In this document: positions 1 to 14,736 of the stretch, one piece after another
Layout: the number at the start of each line of letters is the position of its first letter
Numbering within the stretch: position 1 is the stretch's first letter
DNA from: the human T2T-CHM13v2.0 reference genome, Homo sapiens
Direction: 5' to 3' (one strand)
Assembly: GCF_009914755.1 (NCBI RefSeq)
Contig: NC_060931.1
DNA length: 64,000 bases
Notes under the pieces: generated by a model
The model's input: the letters and a program-made list of their open reading frames with translations, nothing else
The model's database searches: none
What the model was told of the DNA's origin: nothing
Program-made: the position numbers and the translations under genes

Positions 1-211
1 CCTCCTCCTCAAGCCATTCTTGTGCCTCAGCTTCCCAAGTAGCTGGGATTACAGGCATTTGCCACCAGGCCTGGCTAATTTTTGTATTTTTAATAGAGAC
101 GGGGGTTCACCACGTTGGCTAGGCTGGTCTCAAACTCCTGACCTCAAGTGATCTGCCCACCTTGGCCTTGCAAAGTGCTGAGATTACAGGTGTGAGCCAC
201 CATACTCAGCC
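1..211 (-). mobile_element. Alu (AluS-like), truncated by window edge
   Basis: Reverse-complement Alu sequence: gtagctgggattacagg, linker tttttgtattttt, gtgagccacc...cagcc. Confidence 0.93.
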
Positions 212-229
212 TATTTGCCTCTTCTTTAT

Positions 230-900
230 GATTGTTCTTACATGTTCTCTTAATCTTTGTCATTTTGCACTTTCATCATGAAATTTCTAGGAGTTAAAGA
301 GTTATGGTTAATACTTATTGTATTTCTTATATCTGATAATTCATGACTATATCAATTTAAAAATCTTCCCATTATCTGTTTAAATGTTGCCTCTGTCACA
401 TTTTTCCTTTATTTAATGCCTTTATTCAAATCCTATCAGAAATAATCTTGAAGCTTTCTTTCCTCCATATCTTTTAATTTCTTTATGTATATTTTTTTCA
501 CCTCTTCATTTTGAGTTCTAGGCAGCTTCCTCAGATTCTAACCAATATTCCATCATTAATTACATGACAAATTTTCTCTTCAGATGTGTCTAACCTATTG
601 CTTACCCTGTCTATGGAGGTTCTAATTTTAGTGACTGTGTTTTGAAGTTTTGGAAGTTCTATATGATCCTTTTCCAAATCTGCTGGTTCACTTTGCATAC
701 TGTTATTTTCTTTTTTGTTATTGTTTTTTATTATATTTTTGAACCTGCTTATAAATTTCATCACCTTAAATAAAATTATTTTATAATTTATGTATGTGAG
801 AGCTGTATTGCTGAAATTCTTAGTGGTGTAAATGATCAATTTAGTTTTGTAATTTTAGATTGTGAGCTAATAATAAACACAGTGTTATCTCTGGATATCC
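230..900 (-). mobile_element. Ancient L1M/HAL1-type fragment (ORF1 remnant)
   Basis: ORF 531..839(-) contains ELPKLQNTVTKIRTSIDRVSNRLDTSEEKI, resembling the L1 ORF1p coiled coil (ELKNTITEIKNSLDGLNSRLDTAEERI-type). Boundaries are approximate. Confidence 0.65.
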
Positions 901-2936
901 TACAAAGCCTAGCTTAAGGGCTCACCTTCCAATAAAAAGCAATTTTTAAAAATGCCAGCTGCTCCATGGTCATCACCAATCCAGGATTGCTTTTTATGTT
1001 AATTTCCTAGCTTAGGTATTTCCCTTATATTTAATAAAATAAACTGGGACTTTGACATTCTTTAAGTACAAGCTAACAGTTAAAAATTCTGAGGGTTAAT
1101 TTTCCTGCATATTCAGAGCTTCAGCTCAAACACAAGATTAATTGCCCAAGGGCAGATTTTTTTTCTAGCCCATCATTTCACAGAGATCTAGTTCTTTTAA
1201 GTTCTTTATAAGATCTCTGTTCCAAATACCCACTTTAAGAATACCTCATGGTACATCTTCTTTCTCTGCATGAGCAATAAAATCTCAAGTGCCTACCTAA
1301 CAACATCAACATCCACTAATTTCAAACTCCAGCACTATTGTAGCCACAATGTCAACTCACAATCATAACCATTCTAGGTGTTTGTGGTCTCTAAAGTTTT
1401 TCTTTTTTTTCCTTCACTTGACCTACGTATTTAAAAACATGGGCACTATATTTTATTCGGCATTTCTAGGTATTGGCCAAAAAGGAATTCTTAATATTAC
1501 CTTTAAGACTAGCCAAAACTACCAATTTAAATCTTTTGATCAATCCTTTAATTTTGCTTTATGAACTTTCCAAATAGCAAGTCTAACTTTTATATGTATG
1601 AGAAAAACTGTGTAAGTCCTTTTCACTACATTTCAGAAAAGAAAAGAAGAAACTATGACGATGGGGTTAGGGTATGCAAGTAAACACACTGTGTGAAATG
1701 TGTCTTATGTATCCTTAAGTTATAATTATTCAACACCAGGGGACCTCTACAAAGTAATACTTTTATCATCAACTATTGAAATAATAGAAAATATATTGGG
1801 CAGCTAATTCATAAGTTTCTCATCTTCTTCTCTTATTTGGAAGAATCTTAAAAACCTGACTAAAAAAAGTCACCTGACACATCACCACATGAACAATCTG
1901 GAACCTGCTGGGAGAGAGATGAAGGGCATGGGAAGGTCTGCCTTCCCTGCCTGGCTCACAAACATTTCCATCAATGACTAGCTGCAATCTATAGCTACCG
2001 CTGTGTAAAGTACTCCAGACGGACCATCCAGCAAGACTCACCCACTTTAATTCAGTTCTTCACCTGAACTGCCAAGCAGAAAAATATCACCTTTATGTTT
2101 AAAATTCCATTTCTATATATTTCTCAATCTAATAAAACCCTACTCCTTTTTCCAAGTTTTTAACAAATTTGTCCCCTTTACCATTCTAACCTTGTTTGTC
2201 ATTTTTTTGTTTCTGACTCAGTGTCTTCATAATACGTATAAAATGGCTTCCACAGTGTGTGGCACAGAGTCACTGCTTCTGTATTTTGGCACGAAATTTA
2301 TTTCAATTCAGTAAATATTCTGCCATATTTGAAAATGTACTATTTTTGAAAGTATAAGCCACATATTTATCGTCTTAAAAAAAAACTAACAGTTTAACAG
2401 CACACATAACTCAACTTGTACTCTTAAATGTATCCTCTTCCACTTACCATAACAAATGACATTTGATTTTTAAATGTCATACACTCCACTGAAAACACTC
2501 AAGAAACAGTAAACATCCCCTCATGCAAGTAGGCACCCCATTATGTTACGGACACAGATGTCAGAGCCATGGAGAAACCAGGCTTACCCTTTCAGGATAC
2601 ACAGATAGCTATGATGTGACCATAGTTATAAGAAAGCCATCAAAATACCAAGGAAATTTGGAAACAAACAAAATTAACAAAGAATCAAAAACAATAACTT
2701 AGGAAACAACTAATTAGGGAGTTATTATTCCCATTACAAAGACACTCTTACCTTCACAAAAATATCTGACTTATGTAAGTGGCAAGATATTTTTATATTT
2801 TATATATTAGTACTTGGAGAAAAAGGTAAAGCAAAAATATTGGAAGGTATTGTGAACTGAAAACTAGTCAGGAAAAAGTGGTGTTTTTGGAATTGTAATG
2901 GAACATAATAAAATGTATAATTTAATTCTAAATCTA

Positions 2937-3237
2937 GGCCAGGCACAGTGGCTTGTACCTGGAATCCCAGCACTTTGGGAGGCTGAGGTGAGATGATCAC
3001 TTGAGGCTAGGAGTTCAAGACTAGCGTAGGCAACTAAACGAGACCCCCATCTTTTAAAAACTTTAAAAATCAGCTAGGCATGATGGCATATGCCTGTAGT
3101 CCCAGCTACTTGGGAGGATAAGGTGGGAGGATCACTTAAGTCCAGGGATTCAAGGTGGCAGTGAGTCATGTTGGCACCACTGCACTCTAGTCTGGGTGAC
3201 AGAGTGAACTCTGTCTCAAAAACAAAACAAAAAAAAC
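2937..3237 (+). mobile_element. AluJ-like
   Basis: Full dimer starting GGCCAGGCACAGTGG, diverged, with J-type features (atcacttgagg, gtgagtcatg) and an A-rich tail. Confidence 0.93.
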
Positions 3238-3531
3238 ATTATTACATATGATAGAATTATAGATTTTGATTATGTAGCAAGGATTTGAAGATATTACATT
3301 TGGAAATTTAAAACTATGATTTTTAGAGGATTCAAAACTCACTAAATCATAAGTAGTTAAATAAAGAACCAAGCTTCACTGAAAAGAAAATGAAATATTA
3401 TACTCTAAGTAATTCTCTCACACTAGCATTGAGAGACAAGGTCTGGGCCTTTGAGATTGAGGTCTAAACTCCAGCTTTCATGGATGAGGGAAGTAACTTT
3501 CCAAGGTCACCCAGATAAAAAGGGTCACCTT

Positions 3532-3885
<354 letters not shown>

Positions 3886-4974
3886 CTAGAACACAACTCT
3901 CTGTAGTTCAATGGATATTCTTTCCAATATATCATATTATTTTATACATTCTCATTCTGAAACTTAAAAACAACTGTATTCCCGAATAGCAAGCCAATTA
4001 CCTCTTAATTTCTGGCAAAGTTATTATTTCAGATAGCACTGAGTCCATGATCAAAAATCACTAAAGGTGTTGGAGAAAGAGAAAAGTGAATTGAATAGCA
4101 AATAATTCAAGGTAGTACGCTTTTATTCTCTTTTCTCAGGTATGTGTTCAATAAATCACCATCATTTGTTTTATAGTAATTGTTAATATCCTTAACATAA
4201 AATTGTAATCTTTGGAGGTATTTAATAATTTTTCTCTTAAATTTCACTAACTAGGTCTGAAATTAATATTGTCATCCCTTTAGTTTTTTCATTCTGAGAA
4301 GCTGACTGTTAACAGGTCCATTTAACTTATTTATAATAAGAACTAATATATTTTGTCTTGCTTTTTTTTCCTCTTTATCTTCTATTATTTGGTAATTAAA
4401 GTTTTCTTAGCATTTAATTTTTATACTATAATAGTTTCTTTAAAAGTTTTAAAGACATAACCCATATTTTCTCTATTTATTGAAAAACAAAATAATTTTT
4501 TCACTGGCTGTATATAACATGAGGACTAGAACCTGTTTTATTGTTCCATTCATTATTTTGACAAAATCTAGAGGTTAGGATTCACATTTTGTAATAATTA
4601 CTTAATTATATTTCTATAACCTATCTCAGGAATAATTTTTCATGTTTAATTGAGCCGCCAAAATATTTTACAAGAATAAAATAAACCATATGCGTTTATT
4701 TCATTATTATTCTAATTCTTCTACATCTTAAGTTTCACATGTCTGAGATCATACTCATTTATCTCTCAAATGTCAGGAATTCTCCTTTAAATATGTTCAG
4801 CAATGTGAACTGTATTTTTTTCTTTTTTTGAGCTTTTTGGTTATAGAAACTTTTTATTAAGTCCAATTTTATAGATTTTTTTAATTGTAGAGAAGCATGA
4901 CAGAGTGACCAAGATTTTCAGCCATAACACTTATTTCATAAGAATATCTTGCTGGGAAAGCACAATAGAAATAA

Positions 4975-5296
<322 letters not shown>

Positions 5297-5677
5297 AATA
5301 CAATTTTCAATGATTGCAAGTAGATATAAAATCACAAAAGTATTTAGATTCTATTGAACACGTTACTGAATGATTTAGTGGTTTTTATCTTAGAAACTAG
5401 TATCTACTGCAACTATTTAAACTCATGATGAAAGACTTAGGAGGATGCACAGTTGTATAAAATTATTTTAAGGGACACATTGGCAAAATAGTTTAATACT
5501 AATATGATTGCTCTTTCCTATGTTGTCTTTTACAGAGATATACTCCTTTCTTGATGTCTTTTGAGATCTGTGGATTAGTCATACTAAACAAAATAGTAAG
5601 TTACTGAATTTAGTTTCTTGTGTATTTATAACCTCTGTATCTCCCCTTATGTTCTTATAAGTACTTTTTTCCTCCCT

Positions 5678-5990
5678 CTCATTCATTCATCCGTGCACTT
5701 ATTCATTCACCAAATATTTATCATGCATCTACAGTGAATTTTTCCAGGCTTTGGGTACACAACAGTGCCTCAGAATTGGGAAAAAAAGCCATCTCATAGA
5801 GTGAGAATGGAGGAGATAAATGAATTGCAATTAGGAGGTACTGAAAATAATTTGGGTGATGAATTGTTTTGCAGGAAAACAAAGCAGAGGAAAGAGACAT
5901 TAAAAGCATTCTATTTTCAATAGTGTGGTCAGAAAGGCCTCTCTGAAGACAACCATATTAAGGTATTTCAACTGGAAGTGAAGGGAAGAT
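5678..5990 (-). mobile_element. L2 3' fragment
   Basis: cattcattcatcc...cattcaccaaatatttat is the reverse complement of the L2 3' terminus; downstream gtggtcagaaaggcctctctgaag is typical L2. Confidence 0.7.
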
Positions 5991-6532
5991 AAACCAGGTT
6001 TAACAGATCAATCTGCTATGTCAAATGCAAATTCCACTTTCATTTTCTCCCCTCAATTACTTACTTATCCTTATTCTTTCATACTTATTTTTGACAAGGC
6101 TTTAGAAAAATCATTTTAAGTCTTATATATCTCATTTAATTTTTCTGTAATATAAGAAAAACAATAATAGACCTTACAGGATTTTGAGAGAATTGGAGAG
6201 AACTGATGTGGGAGTACCTAGCACAATGCATGCCTGTTACACAGTGGTCTCCCCGTGAATCTAATTCAGTTGTCAGGGAGCCACCACCCTCCTCTCACTT
6301 TATTCTTTTTGAGTCTTAGAAGAATTGTTTCATGTTGGGTACAGGACACAGGTGTTACTATAACGCAGTATAGTCAGCACCTGATTGACTTGGGGATTGA
6401 ACTCTCTTCAAACCACATGCTTCCACACTGTGAATGAGCTGAGGGCTGCTGACACTCCATGTTTCTGACTTCTGTCTCCTGGCCTCACTTGGCTTTCCCC
6501 ACCCCTACCTTTCTTCCCACTCTCAGGGCATG

Positions 6533-6826
<294 letters not shown>

Positions 6827-8897
6827 CGTTTTCACAACTTTTATCAGCAAAGAAAGAACACAGTGGCTGTGTTGATGAAGATGTTTGGTGGAAGAATACG
6901 TAAATTTATAAGAAACTGAGAAAGTGAGGAAAAGTGCTAATACACCTAAATGTAGTTTTAGATACTAAATTTGTCTATTTCTAATGGACATTATCTTAAT
7001 TATACATTATAATGTCTTTTAAAAATTATTGCTTTCTTAAAAACCAAATGTTGATTACTTCCAAAAGCTCTTTATATAATTAACATGTTCATATTGTCAT
7101 GTGTTAAAGAGTACAGACTTGATGTGTGTAACCCACCCAAAATGCCAAAAATTTACCTGCTATTTAAGAGCTAGCCTTATAAATTAGTTGTCAAAAGACA
7201 TGTGAGGTGAAATGCTTACATTAATGTGCATTTTTCTTCACATAACCTGAAGTACAACTTGAAGTTGCTGTTTTATGCTATAAGTATTGTATCTCTAGCT
7301 AGCTTTAAATGAGACAATTATTTTTTAAAAAATGCTAGAGATATAAAATTTTAAGTACCAATTTAACAAGTCTGAAGGTACAACAACAAAAATCAAGAAG
7401 TCAAAAACTTCAGGTTTAGAGGAATCACTCCATTTCTAGAGGCATGGTCACTTAAATGGCAAAGTATTGAAACATTTGCTTTTAGCTTTTAACTTCTTAA
7501 ATATTTTGTTTAATATCTAAAATATCATCCAACAGACCTAGACTCTGTCATAGATAATTGGGCCTAGAGATATAACAAAGAGTACAGATGGAAGAGTAAT
7601 AAAATACCAACAACTAACAGAGCTGTCACTGACAATTAGGAAATGTGAGCCATGAGACAACTGAAAAAGGTGCAATCTGGCGTTTCGAATACATCAACTC
7701 CAGAAGCTGCAACCTATTAATGCTATCTTTTGGGCTCACTGATTCCTGGTTCTGTTTCCATAAAATGTTGCCATATTTCATCCTTCTTTTAGTTCCTTTA
7801 ATATCCCAAGAGATCTTACTTTTATCCATCCCCTTTGCAAGGTAATAATAAATCACATTCCCAAGGCCAGACCTAGAACAAACCCACAGGGTAAATTCAG
7901 GTGTTCCTGAATAGTACTAACACCTGTAGCTGCTGGTTTACTAGCCAGTTACCAGTTCACGGGTAATCTGGAGAAATTGTACTCAGACCTGTATCAGTTG
8001 GCACTAATAGTTAAAATATGCTGCTGAAAGATTAGCAGGGTCACCCTGCTCCCTGTGCTCCCACTTAGAGGCAGTCTTGCAGCCTCTACTCTGCCTCGTC
8101 ACCACTTGCCAGGGAATTAGATAGACAACAGGTGGTTTGACCTATTCTGATCCGGTATTTGTTTTCATTTACGAGCCTACTTGTGTATTTCTGAACAAAG
8201 CTTATATAATTTACTAAATTGAAATCGAAAATCCCTTCAGTGGAAGCACAGCAATGAGAAACATTCAATATCTTTTACCCAATCCACTCTTAATAACTCT
8301 GTAAAGAATGGATTTGTTGAGAATTGGGAGATATGAACAGACTTTAATCTGGGGACAGAATTAAATCAGGTTTCAGCATCACTGCTTTTGATAGGGCACC
8401 TAAGTTGCTGTAGTACCACAAGGTATCTGCATCTGGTATACGAAACCTCCCATTTTGTCCTCAATTGCCAACCTGTGCAATACCTGTCTGTGTCCACACA
8501 TGTTAAGTGCTAACTATGGGATTCTAGAGACCACAGCATTCAGGTTTGTATGTCGTATTCCTACTGCAGGGATGTTAACAGCTGGCAGCTTAGCAACTGC
8601 CACCATCTAATTTCAGTGAAGATTAAGGCTTTAAAAATCCCTAGCTGGAAATGTTCTTGGCAGAGGCCAAAGGTGCTGCTAGAGTTATTTAAAAAAAAAA
8701 AAAAAACAAACAAACTACACCAGAGCTGAATTTAATCATGAAAAATGAATAAATCTTCAAGATCCAGATAGATTGGACAGGAATATTTATTGTTAACTGT
8801 GTTGTCCAAATGGTGTAAAAAGAGTTAGTATTCGGTGTACAAATTAGAGAAAGAAAAGTCAGTCTTTTCAGAACAATGTTGAGAATGATTTGCATAT

Positions 8898-9930
8898 ATT
8901 TATTTACTTAACAAATACTTAGTTTCTACTCATGTACCAGGCAGTGTTTAAAATTCCACAGATAAAGTAGACTAAAAGAAAGATAAGATCCTTCTTTTCA
9001 TGGAGTATACATTCTAGAAGGAGTAAAGAGATAACAACAAAAATAATAATAATAAACATATAAATGTAAAAAAAATTTAATTGGATATAAATGCCCCTAA
9101 CAATATCAAACAGAATAATGTGACAGAGAATGAGTTGAGGGGTACTTCAGGTCGCCTGGGTGGAAAAGGCACATTCGAAAAGGCAACATTTGAACGGATA
9201 TCTAAATGGACATGAAGGAATGAGCCATGCATGGGGAAAATAAAAGCTGTAGGATGTTCAGAATTTCTATAAAGGGACTTAGAGGTGGCCTAACAATCTA
9301 GGTGGAAGAAAAGTAAGGGACTTAATCCAAAGGTGTATTTACACAACAATCACATTTAAAAATAACCCCAGTTTATATATTTATTTGAGGTGCCTTTGGT
9401 GGGGGTATCTGGTGACTTGAAGGTGCTAAACTCCTACTCTTGGCACTCTAATTAATCTGAGGAAAGAGCTGCAGAAGTCAAGACGTGGCTCAGTGACAGA
9501 AAATAACTATTCAAAGAGGAAGCTTGAGGCCAGAATATTTAGGACCTCCTCTAAGACACGGTTATGAGTTATTCTAAGTGCAAAGGGAGTCCCTGGAAGA
9601 ATTTAAGCAGCAAATTGTCATAATGTGAGTTATGCTTTAAATAGATTATCCCACAATGTGAAGAACCTATTGTTAAGAACGAGGGAAGTGGAAGCAGAGA
9701 GAACAGCTAGGATGCTATTGTAGGAATCCATGTGATGATGGTGGTTTCAACTAGTATGGTGGTGGAGAAGATGGAGATGACTGGATGTAAATGGAATGCT
9801 GTTTTTGCTATGGAACAGCAATCTTTTCTGCCATGAGGGTAAGGAAAAAAGAGGGATCAAACATGACACCTAGGTTTTGATTTAAGTATGTTCAAATATA
9901 AGTCAATTTTATATTCCTTACAGAAGTTTG
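8898..9930 (-). mobile_element. L2 fragment(s)
   Basis: tttacttaacaaatacttag...atgtaccaggcagtg, catggagtatacattctag, gaaaaggcaacatttgaa, aggatgctattgtaggaatcca are L2 3'-region motifs. Boundaries are approximate. Confidence 0.7.
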
Positions 9931-10410
9931 GGAAGTAACCTAAATTAAAAGGGGAATATTCATTTATATAACAAATATTTACAGATTCTCCACTATGTAC
10001 AGATTCAGGCACACTACTTGTGTAGAAAATTTTATACACATACCTGTAGATATAAAGACATATATATGCATATGAATACTTACAAATACACACATGCACA
10101 CACTCAGAGCGTTTTGAAATGGAGTCTTGTAGAACAATTTTCAAAAAAAATTAAGCTCACAAAAATGTAAACTTTTGTGGATTTTTAGCCAGCAATTTCA
10201 TTTCTACAAGAATACTCCCACATATATATGAAGATTAATATACAAGAATTATACATATATTGATGATGGCATTGTTTTTTTCTCCTCCACAACAAAAACC
10301 ACATTCAAAGTGTCATTGTTTGATTAAAAAAACTTAAATGTTCAAAGAAGGAGGATTGTTAAAGTACATAAACTTATAATATAGAATCCAGTTATTTATT
10401 TATTCATTTA

Positions 10411-10412
<2 letters not shown>

Positions 10413-10441
<29 letters not shown>

Positions 10442-10592
10442 CCTGGAGACAGCGTTTTGCTCTGTTACCCAGGCTAGAGTGCAGTGGTGCAATCATGGCC
10501 TACTGCAGCCTTGAACTCCTGGCCTCAAGTGATTCTCCTGCTTCAGCCTCCCAACATGCTAGGATTACAGGTGGGAGCCATGGCACCTAGCC
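10413..10592 (-). mobile_element. Alu monomer (FRAM/FAM-like or arm-recombined Alu) with long T tract
   Basis: A single ~150-nt arm: right-arm 3' end (ggctagagtgcagtgg) continues directly into an Alu 5' end (acaggtgggagccatggcacctagcc). Confidence 0.85.
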
Positions 10593-11624
10593 TTAGGTAG
10601 ATTCTTATATGTTGATATGGCAACTTCTCATGGATATATTTTTAAAGGGGAAACAAAGCAACTCACAGAATAAAAATATATGAAATGATTCCATTAGGAA
10701 TGAATGGATGTGTGTTTCACATAATGATGAATTAAAGGTGCCTAACTCCTTCAAACAAGTTTGGAAGGCCACACTATTAGCAATGGCTACTTGGCGACTT
10801 TTGCAAAGGATAGTAGAATAATGTGGTAGTGCTGGCAGGAGTGTTGAAGGGGCCTTTCATTTTCTACCATAAAAATTGCATGGTTTGATTTTTATCCTAC
10901 ACTGAGCATGTTCTGGGTTTGTAAATTTTAATCCCATTTAAAGCATAAAGCTATAAAGTCATTATGCCATGATTTTCTTGATTTGGCAACAATATCTCTG
11001 TTCACTTCACTTTATCTTACTGCCATTAGCAAACATCAGCTAGTGTCCCAAACTAAACCTAGAGGATATAACAGAACTTCATGTTCTTCAGGTGGTAGTT
11101 TCATTCTCAAGTGAGTGAGAGGAGTCTGCTGTAATGGGTCCCCATGTGTGCTGAATATTTCAGAAATCAATAGGATGGGCAGCCACTTCTTTATGTTGAA
11201 AGCAGATCTTGATGACATCCCACTAACAGAGTGCCTCTCATACATCTGCAGCAGGTATGGATCACTCTGTGGCATGGCTGACTGTTTACATCCCGTGCCA
11301 ACTCAGCTGATATGTAATTAACATTATGTCTTGATAGCCTACTGTTGTTTGCAGAAACTTCAAGTCATGATTCTGACACATCAACAACAAGCAGTGAACA
11401 CTTTGATACAGGGCCAAAACAACACAGACGTCTACTCAGTTTCCAATGATGTCACACAGTCAGTGGCCTTCATGAGCACAGGACTCAAATTATACCATCA
11501 CTCCCTGGCCATTTTTCCAATAGAGTAACACTGTTTTGTACTTCATGAAATGAATGATCCATAGTGATTAATCACATATCTGTTTGTCTTCAGATGAACT
11601 GTAGTTATGTGCATCAATGTAATC

Positions 11625-11860
11625 ATAGCAGTATGGCAGAGGAAAGAGAAGTTTGACAGAACTGGATTTGCTTGACTCTACAACTTACTAAACTGCATAA
11701 TCCTGAGTAAGTTCCATAACCCCTCTGTATTATTTTCTTATCTGTACAATGGGTATAATAATAATACCTACCTTCACGGGCTTATTCTGATAAGATAAAG
11801 TATTACAAATGTTTTACATAAATGCTTGCCACAAAGTACTTGCTTAATAAGTATTAGATT
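11625..11860 (+). mobile_element. MIR
   Basis: MIR core: ctgagtaagttccataacccctctg...tctgtacaatgggtataataataatacctacc. Confidence 0.8.
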
Positions 11861-13489
11861 TAATATAACAATAATTATGTTAATTGGGGAGTGCTTCAGA
11901 ATTATTTACTACAGAATATGGAATACCTGGGACATACATTTTTGAATAGGCATTAGCAAAATATAGAATGAAGTAATAATTCATTTGTTCAAATCTCAAA
12001 TACAGAGTGTTAAAGGTAACAGATTATTTTATAATAATGAACTACAATATATTAAAGTATCTTAAGTACTTTACACCAATGATATCTTCCAAATCTAATA
12101 ATAAAACACTGAGCAAGCACAAGAAAAATAAGTAACAAACATATACAAGTTTAATTCTGGTAGTATTTCAAGCATATTCTTCGAAATCACTGTTCTTTCA
12201 ATTTGGCTTGAACCAAAATTTACCTTCATTAAAAAAAGAGGCCTCTTAGAAAGCATTAAATTCTATTTATTATTATAACTATATTGGCATCAGAATATAA
12301 ACAGAGACCAAAATGATCTTACTTGGAAGCCAAATAAACACTCAATATTAACAACTCATTTATTTTCCCACCTTTTGACTCCAATTTAAATGTTTACATG
12401 AGAGTCTTTGAAACGTCTTTTCACCTCAGTGGCTCCTCGAGTGTTCACTTTGAACAATGACTTTGCAGCTGGCCAAACCTTACTCTCAATCAATTTTTAT
12501 GAGGACAAATTCTTGAGCTGATGGTTGGATTTCCAGTGATATCACTCATAATACACACTCACAAGTGGTGATGAGATTCACATTATCAACAGAGCATCAT
12601 TCTGCCGATGGCAGCGGCAGACACAGCAGGGGTATACTGTCCTCCCTGTGAAAACGATTCCTTCACCTTTCAATAATGCAGCCTGCAGGTATGGACCTAC
12701 AAACTGTGTGTGGATAGAATCAGAGCTGCCTTTAAAAATATTAATAAAAACTACCCAGTTCCTCCCAATGGGTAATTCTCATTGAATCTCCATACATATC
12801 CATCTTGATTTTGAAGTGTGTGCCCTCAATTTGCCTTCCCATTACGTTTGGAATTGAATGTAAGATTCACTTGTGTTTAAAACTTGTCAGAATACTCGCA
12901 TGGATTCTCAGTTCATTTGGGCATGGAATTCTCTGCATGAATGCATGTGGATATATGCACATATATGTGTGCAAAGTAAATACATAATGCTTAAACATGA
13001 CTTCAAATTTTAAAAAGAAACCTCAGGTAGAATAAATTCAAATTCATTATAGTTTGGTGGTACTTTCTTAAATTTAAATTATGAAACATATGGGTTTGCC
13101 TACTTTGAATTAACTTAGATATCCCTTTTAAGATATAAAGCATATGTTTGTTACTGAGAAAACACTTTTAGCTCCCCAAAGACATGGTTAATCTTCCCCC
13201 AAAAACCTACCAATTAACAGTCTCAAAGTTTTACAATTCCTTCATTTCCAAACTCTCTTATGAGTAATAATCAAAGTATACATATTTGCCCTATAACTTC
13301 TGAGTCTTACAATCATATGCTAGAAAATAAGATAAGGGGCAAAAGATTACTTGGAACCTTACCTGGCAAAAAGCATGAGGTGATCATTTGACCTCTTAAG
13401 ACTGATCTACAAAAGCCTAACTTTCATATTCAAAAAATCAGTTAAAACAATCAAATAAAAAAAAACCAGCGACTAATGCAAATAACATA

Positions 13490-14040
13490 CTGAACATCTG
13501 TGGTTATTGGGTTACATTCCCACGTTCTTTCATGCCTATTTCCACCAGTTAAGACCTATGCTTGCTAAGTTAGCTGGGTTTGTTCCCAAACTAGTTTATG
13601 CTAACAACATTAGCCATTGAAATCATGTAGTTAAATGAGATTTTACATAAATGCATAAAATAACTGAAAAAGAAGCTGCTGTTTCCATGAAAAATCAGTT
13701 GAATGCTTTAGAAAAACTTGATAAAGACAAGTCACTAACACAACTTTGTCAAATTAGATATGAATGAAATATATCCATAAGATATAAATGTGTCCAGAAG
13801 TATCTATTAAAATTGCTTAGGAAACACATTTTAATTCATGCACCAATGTCAGAAACGAAATGTGGAAACTGTAGAAGATGGCTTAAGGTTTTTGAAAAAT
13901 AGATGACCCACAACCCCAAACAGGTAACCTTTTTCAAAGCAAATGCTAGGGCTCTATACAAACAAATTAAATCTGTGTGTGCACGTGTATGTATCTTTTA
14001 TTAAAGTTGACCAACTATTAGTTCTAATCATGTAAGAAGA
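13490..14040 (+). mobile_element. Tigger-family (TcMar) DNA transposon fossil, Tigger13a-like
   Basis: About 13669-13761 translates to KEAAVSMKNQLNALEKLDKDKSLTQLCQIRY, resembling the CENP-B/pogo N-terminal HTH of Tigger transposases. Boundaries are approximate. Confidence 0.55.
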
Positions 14041-14736
14041 GGTTACTTTTTAGCCAGGAAAAAAAAAATAGGCTGGTTGTTTGCCATGTAGATAAAACTA
14101 CTTTTCACTGAGTTTTCACACTTTTCATGGAGTTACCAGGCTATCATGGGACATCAATAAAGTAATTTTATCCAGCAATTGATGGATGGCTGTACGTACT
14201 CACTGGAAGACAGCAAATGATCATTTTCCTTCCTTGGCATTTTACTATGTCATTCTGATCTAGTCCAGTTAAGCTTGTTTAATGTGTGCCATTGGAATCA
14301 ATGAGATTTTTACAGAATGTTTTGTGTTAAGAATTCCAAGAGTGATACTCTTTTCATATATTGGGAACAAAATAGCTTGGATTTATCATGGACTGGAATG
14401 ACTATTACTTAGAAGGGTATTCTTTAATATAAATTTAACTTAATTAGTATGTTCTATGAGCAAAGTTATCCATGACTACAAAAGAAGAGTCAGCCAAACT
14501 GCATGTTCTGATAATATATGTTCAGAATCCAATCGTAAGCAAATACACACCAGTCAAGTTGACTTAAAAACATATTTATGTGAACAGGTGATTTCTTGGC
14601 TTATTTGTACTAAATGTGGCATATTTGCATTAAATGGCAGCATATTTGCATTAAATATGCCAGTTAGTACAAATATATTTATATTAAAATCAGTGATTAT
14701 ATGTATTATGCTTTATATATAAAATATAGAATGATG

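Noticed and set aside
531-839. Coiled-coil-like 102-aa ORF
   Set aside because: Decayed L1/HAL1 ORF1 remnant; short and without an intact context.
10611-10624. RFX X-box-like GTTGATATGGCAAC
   Set aside because: A single 12/14 match inside an apparent old L1 remnant; no supporting context.
12601-12640. CpG-containing hairpin TCTGCCG/CGGCAGA and partial CTCF-like CAGCAGGGG
   Set aside because: The 7-bp stem and incomplete motif are within chance expectation.
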